From the IMG/VR virus record IMGVR_UViG_3300030419_007436, positions 96,001-160,000 of that record: a DNA stretch of 64,000 nt. The stretch is one strand, 5' to 3'. Numbering within the stretch: position 1 is the stretch's first letter; each line of letters starts with the position of its first letter. The notes under the pieces are model-generated. The model was not told the DNA's origin. It saw only the letters and a program-made list of their open reading frames with translations, and searched no databases. The DNA is from a virus. The translations under genes were made by a program, and so were the position numbers. Below, piece after piece: positions 23,655 through 32,567 of this stretch.

Positions 23655-23941
23655 TTATCATTTCTCCTTTTTTGTACTCTATCTTTGAGTTCTTCAACGA
23701 GCTTTGTAGCCCTCTCCCAACAAGGGGGGCAGTACAAATTAACTTTGTCTTCTTTTTCTCGCACCACAACCCTCCAACTAAATACTTGTTCTCTATTTTT
23801 TTTATCAAAGGGAGCCTCACACGTCATGCATTCGTCCGGAAGGTTGCCCATCAATTTAACTTTTTTGGCCATTTCTTTTTCAGCCAACTTCTTTTTTCTA
23901 ACAAGATTTTTTCTTTTTCCTTTTCGCGCCCAGGAACCCAT
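23651..23941 (-). CDS. Small Zn-finger protein
   Basis: CMTC...CPPC. Confidence 0.7.
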   Translation of the reverse strand: MGSWARKGKRKNLVRKKKLAEKEMAKKVKLMGNLPDECMTCEAPFDKKNREQVFSWRVVVREKEDKVNLYCPPCWERATKLVEELKDRVQKRRNDK

Positions 23942-24358
23942 CTATTCGCCCCCTCTATAATCTTTGACGCCTTTGCCCTTCCATCTAGTATTACGACCTC
24001 TTACATCATAATGAACGAAACTGCGGTAAAGGCCCACGCCGCCCTTCTTTATTTTGCCTTCTTTGATCAGGGTGACAATGATTTTTCTTAATTCAACAGG
24101 CTTCATGCCCCTGACAACAATATCTGCGGCCTTTGCTTTCATGTGTTGAGACTTTCTCGCGCCACCAATCCTACGATTATATTTTGGGGTTCTATATCCC
24201 GAAATAATGTGCATTGGTTTTTTTATATAGTCCCGAATAATTTGTAGATTTTCAACCAATTCTTTCAAATTATCCATATATTCATCTGGTACTTCTGTGC
24301 CGTCTCGGCATTTAAATTCAGACTTTTTAAAATTTTTACTTAGTTGATTACAACTCAT
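23942..24358 (-). CDS. Peptidase M15A family peptidoglycan peptidase
   Basis: LSKNFKKSEFKC, ISGYRT, SQHM..AADI, FVHYD; start re-assigned to ATG 24358. Confidence 0.9.
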   Translation of the reverse strand: MSCNQLSKNFKKSEFKCRDGTEVPDEYMDNLKELVENLQIIRDYIKKPMHIISGYRTPKYNRRIGGARKSQHMKAKAADIVVRGMKPVELRKIIVTLIKEGKIKKGGVGLYRSFVHYDVRGRNTRWKGKGVKDYRGGE

Positions 24359-25310
24359 TTTTATCTCCTTCTCCGCAACCGGATGTTTCAAAGTCATAAA
24401 CCCACCCGAAGGAGCGGTCTCCAATCTCACTGTGCGTTACGTGTCTATTAAAAACTACATGCCTTACGTTAGTTGGTGTTTTTTTAAATCTTTTCAAAAA
24501 TCTTCTCATGTTGTTGTATGGTCTGTCCCATTTCCTCGTTAAAATAAGAAACTCTGTTCCCCATACGCGTGGATTAAAATACTTCCAAGTAATATCAAGC
24601 CATCGTCCATATGATGCGTCTGAAAAAATAACCTTTACTGATAAAGCTTTTGCGCTGTTGTGGAGCCAGTTTAAACCTCCAGATCTTGAAATAGACATGA
24701 GAGTGCTCCCGCCAGCGCTGTGACCTAACAATGTTATATCACCCAAAATATGTGGCGGCGAAACGGGGCACTGTTCTTTGTTGCATTTGGGGTGAAAGTG
24801 TTCACGCAGTATATCCCTAACTCCCCCCACGAACGTTCCGAAAGCTCCTTTCTTAGTAAAGACTCGGCCTTGCCGCGTTCTTGGCGTAGATGTGTTTTTA
24901 GACCACGGCATTTCCGGTATCACAATTACATAATTTTTTGTTGGATCGATTAGTGTGGTATGTTCCAACACTCTCGTTCCAAAGTCCCTCTTTTTAAAGC
25001 CACCTAGGCCATGAAAGTAAAATATAATATCTATCGGCTGTTTAAAATTTGTACAAGTGGGGATAAAAACGATAGTGTCGCGTGCGTTGTTTTTATGCCT
25101 CCTGTCTATGTAGCCGTTGCCCTTCAGGGGACCAATATATGTTGTGCCTTTTATACTGTTGTCGTCTTTTGTTAGGTGTTCATAAACCTCAGTCCATGTC
25201 TTCACTGTGGGTTTATAAGCCCTAGATGCATGAACTGGGGTAAATGCATGTGAAAATCCAACAGGCATAATGATAGCGATCAAGACCACCAGTGTTCTTT
25301 TAAAACTCAT
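24348..25310 (-). CDS. Secreted alpha/beta hydrolase
   Basis: Signal peptide, FYFHGLGG, GHSAGG nucleophile elbow. Confidence 0.75.
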   Translation of the reverse strand: MSFKRTLVVLIAIIMPVGFSHAFTPVHASRAYKPTVKTWTEVYEHLTKDDNSIKGTTYIGPLKGNGYIDRRHKNNARDTIVFIPTCTNFKQPIDIIFYFHGLGGFKKRDFGTRVLEHTTLIDPTKNYVIVIPEMPWSKNTSTPRTRQGRVFTKKGAFGTFVGGVRDILREHFHPKCNKEQCPVSPPHILGDITLLGHSAGGSTLMSISRSGGLNWLHNSAKALSVKVIFSDASYGRWLDITWKYFNPRVWGTEFLILTRKWDRPYNNMRRFLKRFKKTPTNVRHVVFNRHVTHSEIGDRSFGWVYDFETSGCGEGDKNEL

Positions 25311-25315
25311 TACTT

Positions 25316-25405
25316 TTATTCCTTTTCAATAGGCTGCCCCAAGCTTATTGCAACCAATATGGCAACACCAAACATTACTAAGTCCACCTTATCATAATAA
25401 CTCAT
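25316..25405 (-). CDS. 29-aa membrane peptide (MSYYDKVDLVMFGVAILVAISLGQPIEKE); not in ORF track
   Basis: TAATG overlap with dut; fills the gap. Confidence 0.55.
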   Translation of the reverse strand: MSYYDKVDLVMFGVAILVAISLGQPIEKE

Positions 25406-25875
25406 TATCTTTCTCCTGTCGACCCAAAGCCTCCAAGACCTCGGTCTGAGTAAAGATTCATAAAATTATCAGTCTCTAGTTCTTCCACGCCGCAATGTAT
25501 TACTGGTATTAAAACCGCTTGAGCAATCTTATCTCCTGGCTGTAAGTACTGAGTTTTTAATCCAATGTTATGAAGATTCACATAAACTTCTCCATCATAG
25601 CCAGGGTCTACAACACAAGAACCCACAACCAACTGCCTCTTATATGCGATGCCAGACTTGTTTTTAATTTCCAACATATGACCATAAGGCACTTCTACTT
25701 TTAGTCCAGTAGGGATCAGTACGCTTTCTCGTGCGCCGATGGCTAACCCCTCTTCCTTCAACACACGAGCGCGTTCTCCGTTAGGGCAGTAAAATAAGTC
25801 CATCCCTGCATCCGTTTTGTGAGCACGATGCGGAGGGCGTGCATCAGGTCTAATTTTATATACTTTTAAGTTCAT
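25405..25875 (-). CDS. dut: dUTPase (trimeric)
   Basis: AGMDL, NKSGIA, VVDPGYDGE, KIAQ, RGLGGFGSTG. Confidence 0.97.
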   Translation of the reverse strand: MNLKVYKIRPDARPPHRAHKTDAGMDLFYCPNGERARVLKEEGLAIGARESVLIPTGLKVEVPYGHMLEIKNKSGIAYKRQLVVGSCVVDPGYDGEVYVNLHNIGLKTQYLQPGDKIAQAVLIPVIHCGVEELETDNFMNLYSDRGLGGFGSTGER

Positions 25876-25884
25876 GTTTCTCCT

Positions 25885-28800
25885 TTATGCTAACATTCTG
25901 AAATTGTATTTTATAGAGCGGGTACTAAAACCCCACTGATCATCATATTCTAGTTTGCTCATGTATGGGTGATTTATATATATTTCATCTCGCTCGGGGT
26001 TAACTCCCCAACACTTAATGGCGGTCACTGTTGATGTGTTATCAATCACTTTAACAATCCAATAGGTTTTACCATTTTTTGTCTTTTTTGGGATGATCTC
26101 TCTTGGTATAAACCATGCTACCCCCAGATCATTGTCCCATTCTCCAATGGGGGGCACTTTATAATAATCAAGTCGATTCATAACAGAATCATCTAGTACT
26201 AAATCCATGGGAAATATGCCAGTAAGAGACACAAGATTATTAATTTTTTCTTCATCGTTGAAATCTCCCTCCGGCTTAAATAAATCAATATTTTCCTCAA
26301 ACTTTTTCAAATTCTTCGGCCTCTCAACAACCGCGGCTGACCAGAAGTGCTTAAGTCCTGTGAATCTATCATCCACCAAACTACTCAGCGCCCCAGATCG
26401 CACCAAGACATCCAGCGCCTTCTTGTTTAGTTTACTATAAAGAATGTTATCATTAAAGAGAAATTCTTCAGCACTTTTGAAAGGTCTGTTGTTAATAATT
26501 TGCTCGATTGCTTTTTCTCCTAATCCTTTCAAGGAGGTTAGGGGCTGTATAAGTGTTTTGTTGTCAGCGTCAATATCCCACACCACACCAGAATTATTAA
26601 CATCCACTGGCTTAATTTTAAATTTAAACTTTTTTGCGAGATTTATTGCTCTCTCTTTCCTAGTTTCTGGCTCTTTGTCTAAAAACGCCGCCATCCATTC
26701 AGCAGGATAATAATTAAAAAGCCATGCGCATTGATAAGAAATTATAGAATATGAAACAGCGTGAGATTTGTTGAAACCGTAGCCAGAGAAATATTCAAAC
26801 TTTTTCCACATTTTTTCTGCCCAGTTCTTGGACAACCCCTTTTCAACACACCCAGCAACAAACTTAAGCTTTATTTGATTTTTTTGTTTAGCTGCCGAGC
26901 CGGTGCCTTTTTTTGTAAGAAGCTTACGAAGCTTATTGCCTTCATCCAAACTCAAATCTTTGCCGAGCTTGTGGGCCAACAGTGCAATTTGTTCTTGAAA
27001 AATTAAAAAACCATAGGTTTCTTCTGTAAGACTCTTGACATAATCATGTTCGTAAAGAATATCTTCTGGGTTTTTTTTGGCCCTCACATAGAGTTTATCC
27101 ACATCCGCGCCGAGGGGCCCCGGGCGATAAATCGAGGTGATGGCAGCAAGATCAATTATGTTTCTAGGAAGCGCCTTTCTACAAAATTTTTGGGCGCCAT
27201 TCTCTGTAAATTGGAATATTCCGGCCCACTTGCCTTTATGAAAAATGTTTTCGTAAACTTTCTGATCATTTAAGTCTATTTTTTCCGGATGTAAATGTTT
27301 GTCATAATAGTTTTTAATATCCCTGAAGGTGGGTGACTTCACACCATGATATCTCTTAAGAATGTGACCAACTGCCCCTTCGATCATCTTCAGCGTCGAA
27401 AGGCCAAGAATATCAAATTTAATAAAGCCCATGGGTTCTAAGTGTCTGACATTTTGACCCTCTGACCACGGAGTTTGAGTAACTCCACCACTATTGATTA
27501 GTGGCATGTACTTATTTAAATCTTCTCCGATAACAACGCCACCGGCATGCCGAGAAACAGAGCGCATCTGCCCATATAGTACATTAATATGGCTTGCCAC
27601 GTGCGGGTGCTTGTTTAGAAAATTCTTAAGAGACTCCGAAAACTCCATAACTTCTTCAAAAGTTGGTGTATAAACTCCTGACTTAATGCCGTGCTTTTTC
27701 TTTGCTAGAGGTGTTGCCTCTTTGAGCATCCGAGAAGTAACAGCATTAACTTCCGTGAATGGTATTTCATAAAACTTAGATATATCTTTTACAAGAGAAC
27801 GAAGCTGCAAAGTGTTAAAATTTGAGATAGGTACAACCTTATCGCCTCCCCACTCATCAATCAACATCTCTTTAAGAATCATGGGATCAGATACATCATA
27901 ATCAATATCTGGGTAATCTTTTGCATCCGAACGCATAAAGCGAGAGAACAAAAGGTTATATTTGATGGGGTCAATCTGAGTTATCCCAAGCACATAGGCA
28001 ACTAATGATCCGGCTGCAGAGCCGCGGCCCGGGCCTGTAAGCTGTACTGAGTTTGCCTTGTCGACTACCGCATTCATTGTGAGAAAATACTTACTAAATC
28101 CCCTCTCATCAATAATTTGTAACTCTTCCTTAAGTCTATCAGTATATTCTTCTGCTGTGTGCAAACTCAACGCCCTCAATCCTTCAAAGCAAAGCTGTGA
28201 CAGCGCTTGTGAGGCCGTAAATCCGGCCGGTACAACAAAATCAGGGAGTCGCACCGTGTTATCCGGTAAAAACGATTCTATGCGCTCATGGGCAATTCTA
28301 TGAGTTTCTGTTATAGATTTCATTACTAAATCATCATCATATTTAGCGCCGCATTCTTTTGAATATGTTTTATAAGACTCCCACATCTGATCGCCGTTTT
28401 TCGGATAGAGTTCATATCCAATATCTTCAACTCCAATCGGAAGCTCAGACGAAAGCCATGAAGGTGTTGAACCTTTACCAAGCCACCCAAGGCGTTTATA
28501 AAGTTCTCTATCTTTCCATGCATTTTGCGAAGGATAGTGACTGTCCGCAGTAGAAATCAAACCAAACCCATACTTTTTAGATACTTGAATAATATATTTG
28601 TTTAACTCGTGTTGTTCGGGAATGTTATTCCACTGAAGCTCTCCATACCATCGATCACCGAATATGTCCATCATTTTCGTAGTGGTCTTGCTCATAGCAT
28701 CTCGAATTTGTGAGGGGCCCTTATCTTTATTTTCCCAATAGTCTCCAGCGTAGACGCCTCCGAGGCATGCGCTGGCAGCAATAACACCTTCGTTGTATTT

Positions 28801-29307
28801 ACGGAGGAGTTTGTAGTCTACCCTTGGAAAACGATAGAAGCTTTCTTTTGAAAAAGATTTAGAAACCATCTTAAAAATATTGTTTAGCCCCGTTTGATTT
28901 TGGGCCAAAAGAATTAGATGGCGTCGGCGGTTCAATATGTTTTTAACAGCAGTCTTCGACGAACCTTCATCCTCAATCGTCGTAGCTGACCTAGAATCGT
29001 CCAGCGTGCGTTTAGCCTTTTTGTCTTCTTTTGCTTTTTCGTATTCTTGTTTCCACTCTGAAAGGCTCGGAAGAAAGTAGGCCTCCACTCCAAATATGGG
29101 CTTAAAATTCTTGCCTTCTTCTTGCATTTTTTTGGCGTGTAGCACCTGATATGCCATACCATTCATATTACCATGGTCGGTTAAAGCAAGCGCATCGCAT
29201 CCATTATTATAGGCGAAATCCATGTGTTCCTGTGGGTATCCCAATCCATCAAAAGGGCTTCCAACTCCACTGTGTGCATGTAAACCAACGAAAGGTATTT
29301 TACTCAT
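25885..29307 (-). CDS. dnaE: DNA polymerase III alpha subunit (family C) with PHP domain
   Basis: LHAHS, LTDHG, GPGRGSAAGSLV, YPDIDYD, SRHAGG, KFDILGL, YGFNKSHA; start re-assigned to ATG 29307. Confidence 0.97.
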   Translation of the reverse strand: MSKIPFVGLHAHSGVGSPFDGLGYPQEHMDFAYNNGCDALALTDHGNMNGMAYQVLHAKKMQEEGKNFKPIFGVEAYFLPSLSEWKQEYEKAKEDKKAKRTLDDSRSATTIEDEGSSKTAVKNILNRRRHLILLAQNQTGLNNIFKMVSKSFSKESFYRFPRVDYKLLRKYNEGVIAASACLGGVYAGDYWENKDKGPSQIRDAMSKTTTKMMDIFGDRWYGELQWNNIPEQHELNKYIIQVSKKYGFGLISTADSHYPSQNAWKDRELYKRLGWLGKGSTPSWLSSELPIGVEDIGYELYPKNGDQMWESYKTYSKECGAKYDDDLVMKSITETHRIAHERIESFLPDNTVRLPDFVVPAGFTASQALSQLCFEGLRALSLHTAEEYTDRLKEELQIIDERGFSKYFLTMNAVVDKANSVQLTGPGRGSAAGSLVAYVLGITQIDPIKYNLLFSRFMRSDAKDYPDIDYDVSDPMILKEMLIDEWGGDKVVPISNFNTLQLRSLVKDISKFYEIPFTEVNAVTSRMLKEATPLAKKKHGIKSGVYTPTFEEVMEFSESLKNFLNKHPHVASHINVLYGQMRSVSRHAGGVVIGEDLNKYMPLINSGGVTQTPWSEGQNVRHLEPMGFIKFDILGLSTLKMIEGAVGHILKRYHGVKSPTFRDIKNYYDKHLHPEKIDLNDQKVYENIFHKGKWAGIFQFTENGAQKFCRKALPRNIIDLAAITSIYRPGPLGADVDKLYVRAKKNPEDILYEHDYVKSLTEETYGFLIFQEQIALLAHKLGKDLSLDEGNKLRKLLTKKGTGSAAKQKNQIKLKFVAGCVEKGLSKNWAEKMWKKFEYFSGYGFNKSHAVSYSIISYQCAWLFNYYPAEWMAAFLDKEPETRKERAINLAKKFKFKIKPVDVNNSGVVWDIDADNKTLIQPLTSLKGLGEKAIEQIINNRPFKSAEEFLFNDNILYSKLNKKALDVLVRSGALSSLVDDRFTGLKHFWSAAVVERPKNLKKFEENIDLFKPEGDFNDEEKINNLVSLTGIFPMDLVLDDSVMNRLDYYKVPPIGEWDNDLGVAWFIPREIIPKKTKNGKTYWIVKVIDNTSTVTAIKCWGVNPERDEIYINHPYMSKLEYDDQWGFSTRSIKYNFRMLA

Positions 29308-30181
29308 TATCTTCTCCAATCATATTCCACTCATGATATCCTAACATACTCTTAGGGGGCTTGTCAAGTTTTTTGCCACTCCCTAAATATTTTTTTAAAT
29401 TGTCCCAATTGTCTATTTTGTAATACCAAGGTACCTCAACCTTTGTATCTTTTATTTTAACATTTTTAAATATCTTGTCAAGTTTAAAATGGCGGCCCGA
29501 CCATCTTTCTTCAATAGGAATTCTTTTTTTTGCGTCATAATCATTAAATTGGCCTGTTCCTTGTTCCCTTATTACACGACGGGCTTCCTTGAAATCTTCT
29601 GAGTCGAATGTAAAAGCCAAATACTCATCATTTCTCACGTCTTTTCCATCGTACGAAAGATAAAATCCTTTTTTATTTGAAATTTTACTCCTATGCGGGA
29701 TGATAACTTCGGGGTCATACACACCATATGGAAAACATGCATAATATTTATCAGGTATCACCCATTTACTTATTGTGCGACTCAACCAGTAAGCTGTTAA
29801 AGCACCATATAATACACTCCAACCAAGAGAATCTCTTTTGTCTCTATCTTTTTGGTGTATGGGCACATAGTATATGGGTATTACTCTTTCATGTTCCTTT
29901 GGAAATGTTTTTCTTGTGAGGTTGTGTCGAAGAGGATCCTGAACATAATCCCCCAGGCGGTACCTTATGAGGGGTTGCATATCGTCATGACAAACAATCC
30001 AAATTGTTTCACAACCTGCGCATGCACACTCCCAAACTGCGCGTTCGACCGCCAAGTAATTTTTTCCAATTGGTTGTAGACAATCGTGCCACGGGAAGCC
30101 AAAATCTAATTTTTGACCCGCAACAGGTATAATACCCGCCAAATGAAAACTGTTTATTAGCTGTGGACCTTTTTCTATCAT
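29300..30181 (-). CDS. Nucleotidyltransferase-fold protein (NTP_transferase-like, divergent)
   Basis: AGIIPVAG...LQPIG...AGCETIWIV. Confidence 0.6.
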   Translation of the reverse strand: MIEKGPQLINSFHLAGIIPVAGQKLDFGFPWHDCLQPIGKNYLAVERAVWECACAGCETIWIVCHDDMQPLIRYRLGDYVQDPLRHNLTRKTFPKEHERVIPIYYVPIHQKDRDKRDSLGWSVLYGALTAYWLSRTISKWVIPDKYYACFPYGVYDPEVIIPHRSKISNKKGFYLSYDGKDVRNDEYLAFTFDSEDFKEARRVIREQGTGQFNDYDAKKRIPIEERWSGRHFKLDKIFKNVKIKDTKVEVPWYYKIDNWDNLKKYLGSGKKLDKPPKSMLGYHEWNMIGEDNE

Positions 30182-30906
30182 TTAAACTTTATTTTCTTAG
30201 TGTCTTCATAAGTGTGCATATATGCTTTTCTTATTTCGCGGCGGTCAACCTCTAATTTTAAAGCATATTGGTTGTTTCCCCCACACTTTGTCCCCTTCAA
30301 TCCCTTTTCCCTCAGAAGATGAGTTACTTTAAATCTGGCGTATGTGTCAGAATATTCAAAATCATTTAACTGCTCTTTTTTTAAAAAAGATATAGAAACT
30401 AAGTCCTTTCTATTTGGATGATGGCCATCCATTCTTTCTGACGGGTAAAAGTATATTTTATTTACAAATAAATCATCAGTGTCAATAGTTTCACAACGAT
30501 GTGTTTCACACGAGCGAGCAATCATCCAGTCAAGAACAACGAAGGTGTCATTCTCTTTTTTTGGAAGTGGAAGTCCCTCCACATTCTCATCGTCGAAAAC
30601 AAAAAGCTTTTCATAGACAAACTTCACGATGCGCGCATTTTCAGTACTCACCACAACTTCCTCTTCCTTTATTCTAACCTGACGTGTTTTGTGCCCTAAC
30701 AAATTTAATCCCCGCAGGGATAGATAATAAAACAGGTCAAACCATATTTTTATTGCGCTCTCGCCATTTACCTCTTCAAATCGATGAGGAAGATTAATTT
30801 TATTTATTATTATAGGGAGTGATTTTTTTTTGGAATATTTTAAAGCGTCTAGAGTGCCACCAAGTACAATTTCTTTATATTCATATTTTGGTATTTTAAT
30901 TAACAC
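30178..30906 (-). CDS. Hypothetical protein with degenerate Rossmann-like N-terminus
   Basis: EIVLGGTLDAL; ATGA coupling. Confidence 0.6.
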   Translation of the reverse strand: MLIKIPKYEYKEIVLGGTLDALKYSKKKSLPIIINKINLPHRFEEVNGESAIKIWFDLFYYLSLRGLNLLGHKTRQVRIKEEEVVVSTENARIVKFVYEKLFVFDDENVEGLPLPKKENDTFVVLDWMIARSCETHRCETIDTDDLFVNKIYFYPSERMDGHHPNRKDLVSISFLKKEQLNDFEYSDTYARFKVTHLLREKGLKGTKCGGNNQYALKLEVDRREIRKAYMHTYEDTKKIKFK

Positions 30907-30920
30907 TTATTAAAACTATT

Positions 30921-31214
30921 TTATTTGGCCTTTTGGACCTCGTTGTGCCACCCTCTTAAAGGCATCAGCTTAGTTGTTCCTGTGCATTCGGCGCGATTCG
31001 GCTTCCCTTTGATTATTCTTTCCCAAGACGACCACTTGGGGAGAATTGTTCTTCTTACACAGGTCTCGAAACTTTCAATTACATTTGTTTCTTTAACAAA
31101 ATGTTCTCCCCATTCTGTAATCTCTTTATTTTCATTTAAATGATTAATATATGAGTCGTCCACCAGGGGGGAAGTTAGTGATAATAAAAAAGATATCACA
31201 ATTGTTTTTAACAT
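30921..31214 (-). CDS. Hypothetical secreted protein
   Basis: N-terminal hydrophobic signal-like segment. Confidence 0.6.
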   Translation of the reverse strand: MLKTIVISFLLSLTSPLVDDSYINHLNENKEITEWGEHFVKETNVIESFETCVRRTILPKWSSWERIIKGKPNRAECTGTTKLMPLRGWHNEVQKAK

Positions 31215-31269
31215 ACTATTTTTTCCTTCTTAAGTTTTTTATATGGCTCGGTATTTTCTTGAAGCCTTT

Positions 31270-32007
31270 TTACCACTCCAGTCCTTTTCTACTTTTCATC
31301 ATTGCCTCAATCCAAGATTTCGGCTGCGATGTTTTTCTCCCTTCCTTTAGCTGGAAGTGTTTACCGCTTGCCCTCGACCAAAAATCTGAATCTTCTGAAA
31401 CCGTGTCTACGCTTGTCCAGGGTCCAGCCCATGCGTCCTTTATTTGGTTTCCGTTTTTATCATAGGCATTAATAATTTTAAATTCATTGCCTCGGGAGGT
31501 CGTTGCGCTTTCGCCAAATATAAAAGCCTCTTGATCGTATTTTCGAGACATTTCGGCGCCAAAGTCAAACAAGGCCTCTGGGGTGCTTTCCTCCAAGTCG
31601 GCGCCGCGGCCATGTGTTGTAACAAGTAGACTATTTTCAATTACATGTACCGGCTCTTCTAATTCAACTTCAATTTCTTCGCCGGTTTCGGGATCAACTT
31701 CTGTTTTAGTGGTTTCCTTGAAGCCACCCTTAAGTTCTGTAAAGGGAAATCCAGCTGTCGCGAAATCTTGTTTCATTTGTTGGTACATTCTCCTGTTCTG
31801 TGCCGTACTTCTTTCGTGCCGGTCGGAAGACATAATAACAAAAGGATTTCCCCCTTCAATATGATCTCTCACACGATTATAAGAACTCATCTCCTTAAGG
31901 GTAGATCTCTCTTCAACGGCCTCCTTGACTATTTCATAGACAGCCTCCTTTGTGAGAGATGCAGCTTTCAAAATATCCTTTATATTTTTAGTAAGATCCA
32001 TACACAT
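31270..32007 (-). CDS. Conserved-looking phage hypothetical protein, probably head-packaged
   Basis: LTKE...IVKEAVEE...LKE N-terminus; NPFVIMSSDR...KYDQEAFIF; late motif upstream. Confidence 0.7.
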   Translation of the reverse strand: MCMDLTKNIKDILKAASLTKEAVYEIVKEAVEERSTLKEMSSYNRVRDHIEGGNPFVIMSSDRHERSTAQNRRMYQQMKQDFATAGFPFTELKGGFKETTKTEVDPETGEEIEVELEEPVHVIENSLLVTTHGRGADLEESTPEALFDFGAEMSRKYDQEAFIFGESATTSRGNEFKIINAYDKNGNQIKDAWAGPWTSVDTVSEDSDFWSRASGKHFQLKEGRKTSQPKSWIEAMMKSRKGLEW

Positions 32008-32269
32008 AGTTCTCCAATACTAAGTAGTATTTTTCTTTCCCAAGAGAGACTTTTTGAACCATACCTTCTTCAACTACAACATTTTTTCCCACAATCTTTT
32101 CATTAATTTTTTCACAGTCTTGCGCTCTCCCAACCACTTTATATACGCCATGGACAGATTGTTTTTTTAATTTATAATCTTCAGGAACAAGAACTAGAGA
32201 TCCTTCCTCCTTTTCTTCTTCTATTTCAACTTCTTCTAGTACCAAGTGTCGATTAAGTGGATTAAGCAT
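31988..32269 (-). CDS. groES: GroES/Cpn10-like co-chaperonin
   Basis: MLNPLNRHLVL...EEK.G.LV.VP...KVVG...YYLVLENYVYG; start re-assigned to ATG 32269. Confidence 0.7.
   Translation of the reverse strand: MLNPLNRHLVLEEVEIEEEKEEGSLVLVPEDYKLKKQSVHGVYKVVGRAQDCEKINEKIVGKNVVVEEGMVQKVSLGKEKYYLVLENYVYGSY
32021..32028 (-). promoter_or_regulatory. Putative late promoter motif
   Basis: ACTACTTA upstream of GGAG and ATG. Confidence 0.5.
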
Positions 32270-32555
32270 CTTTTTCTCCAAACTTTCTTTCAATTGCATC
32301 GAAAATATCATTTAAATCATCCATGTCAGCACCCTTTTCATAAAGACGATATGCCTTAACAGCAGCCCAAATATCGTCCTTTGTCAACCACCCATTTTCA
32401 ATATATTCTTTACGCAATTCTCTCTTTTGTTCCTTATAGGGCTCTATTGCCTCTTCAATTGCCAATGTGGATTTAAGATAATTAATTACATAATTTTCTT
32501 TTTTTTCTTCTTGGGTTAAATTTTCTTCAACCAATTTTAGCGCTTTCTTACTCAT
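32262..32555 (-). CDS. Small helical protein, GapR/DUF2312-like DNA-binding candidate
   Basis: YLKSTLAIEEAIEPYKEQKRELRKEY...G.LTK. Confidence 0.5.
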   Translation of the reverse strand: MSKKALKLVEENLTQEEKKENYVINYLKSTLAIEEAIEPYKEQKRELRKEYIENGWLTKDDIWAAVKAYRLYEKGADMDDLNDIFDAIERKFGEKDA

Positions 32556-32567
32556 ATATTCTCCTTT

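Noticed and set aside
31151-31465. 104-aa plus-strand hydrophobic ORF
   Set aside because: It is antisense to two minus-strand genes and its composition reflects A-rich DNA.
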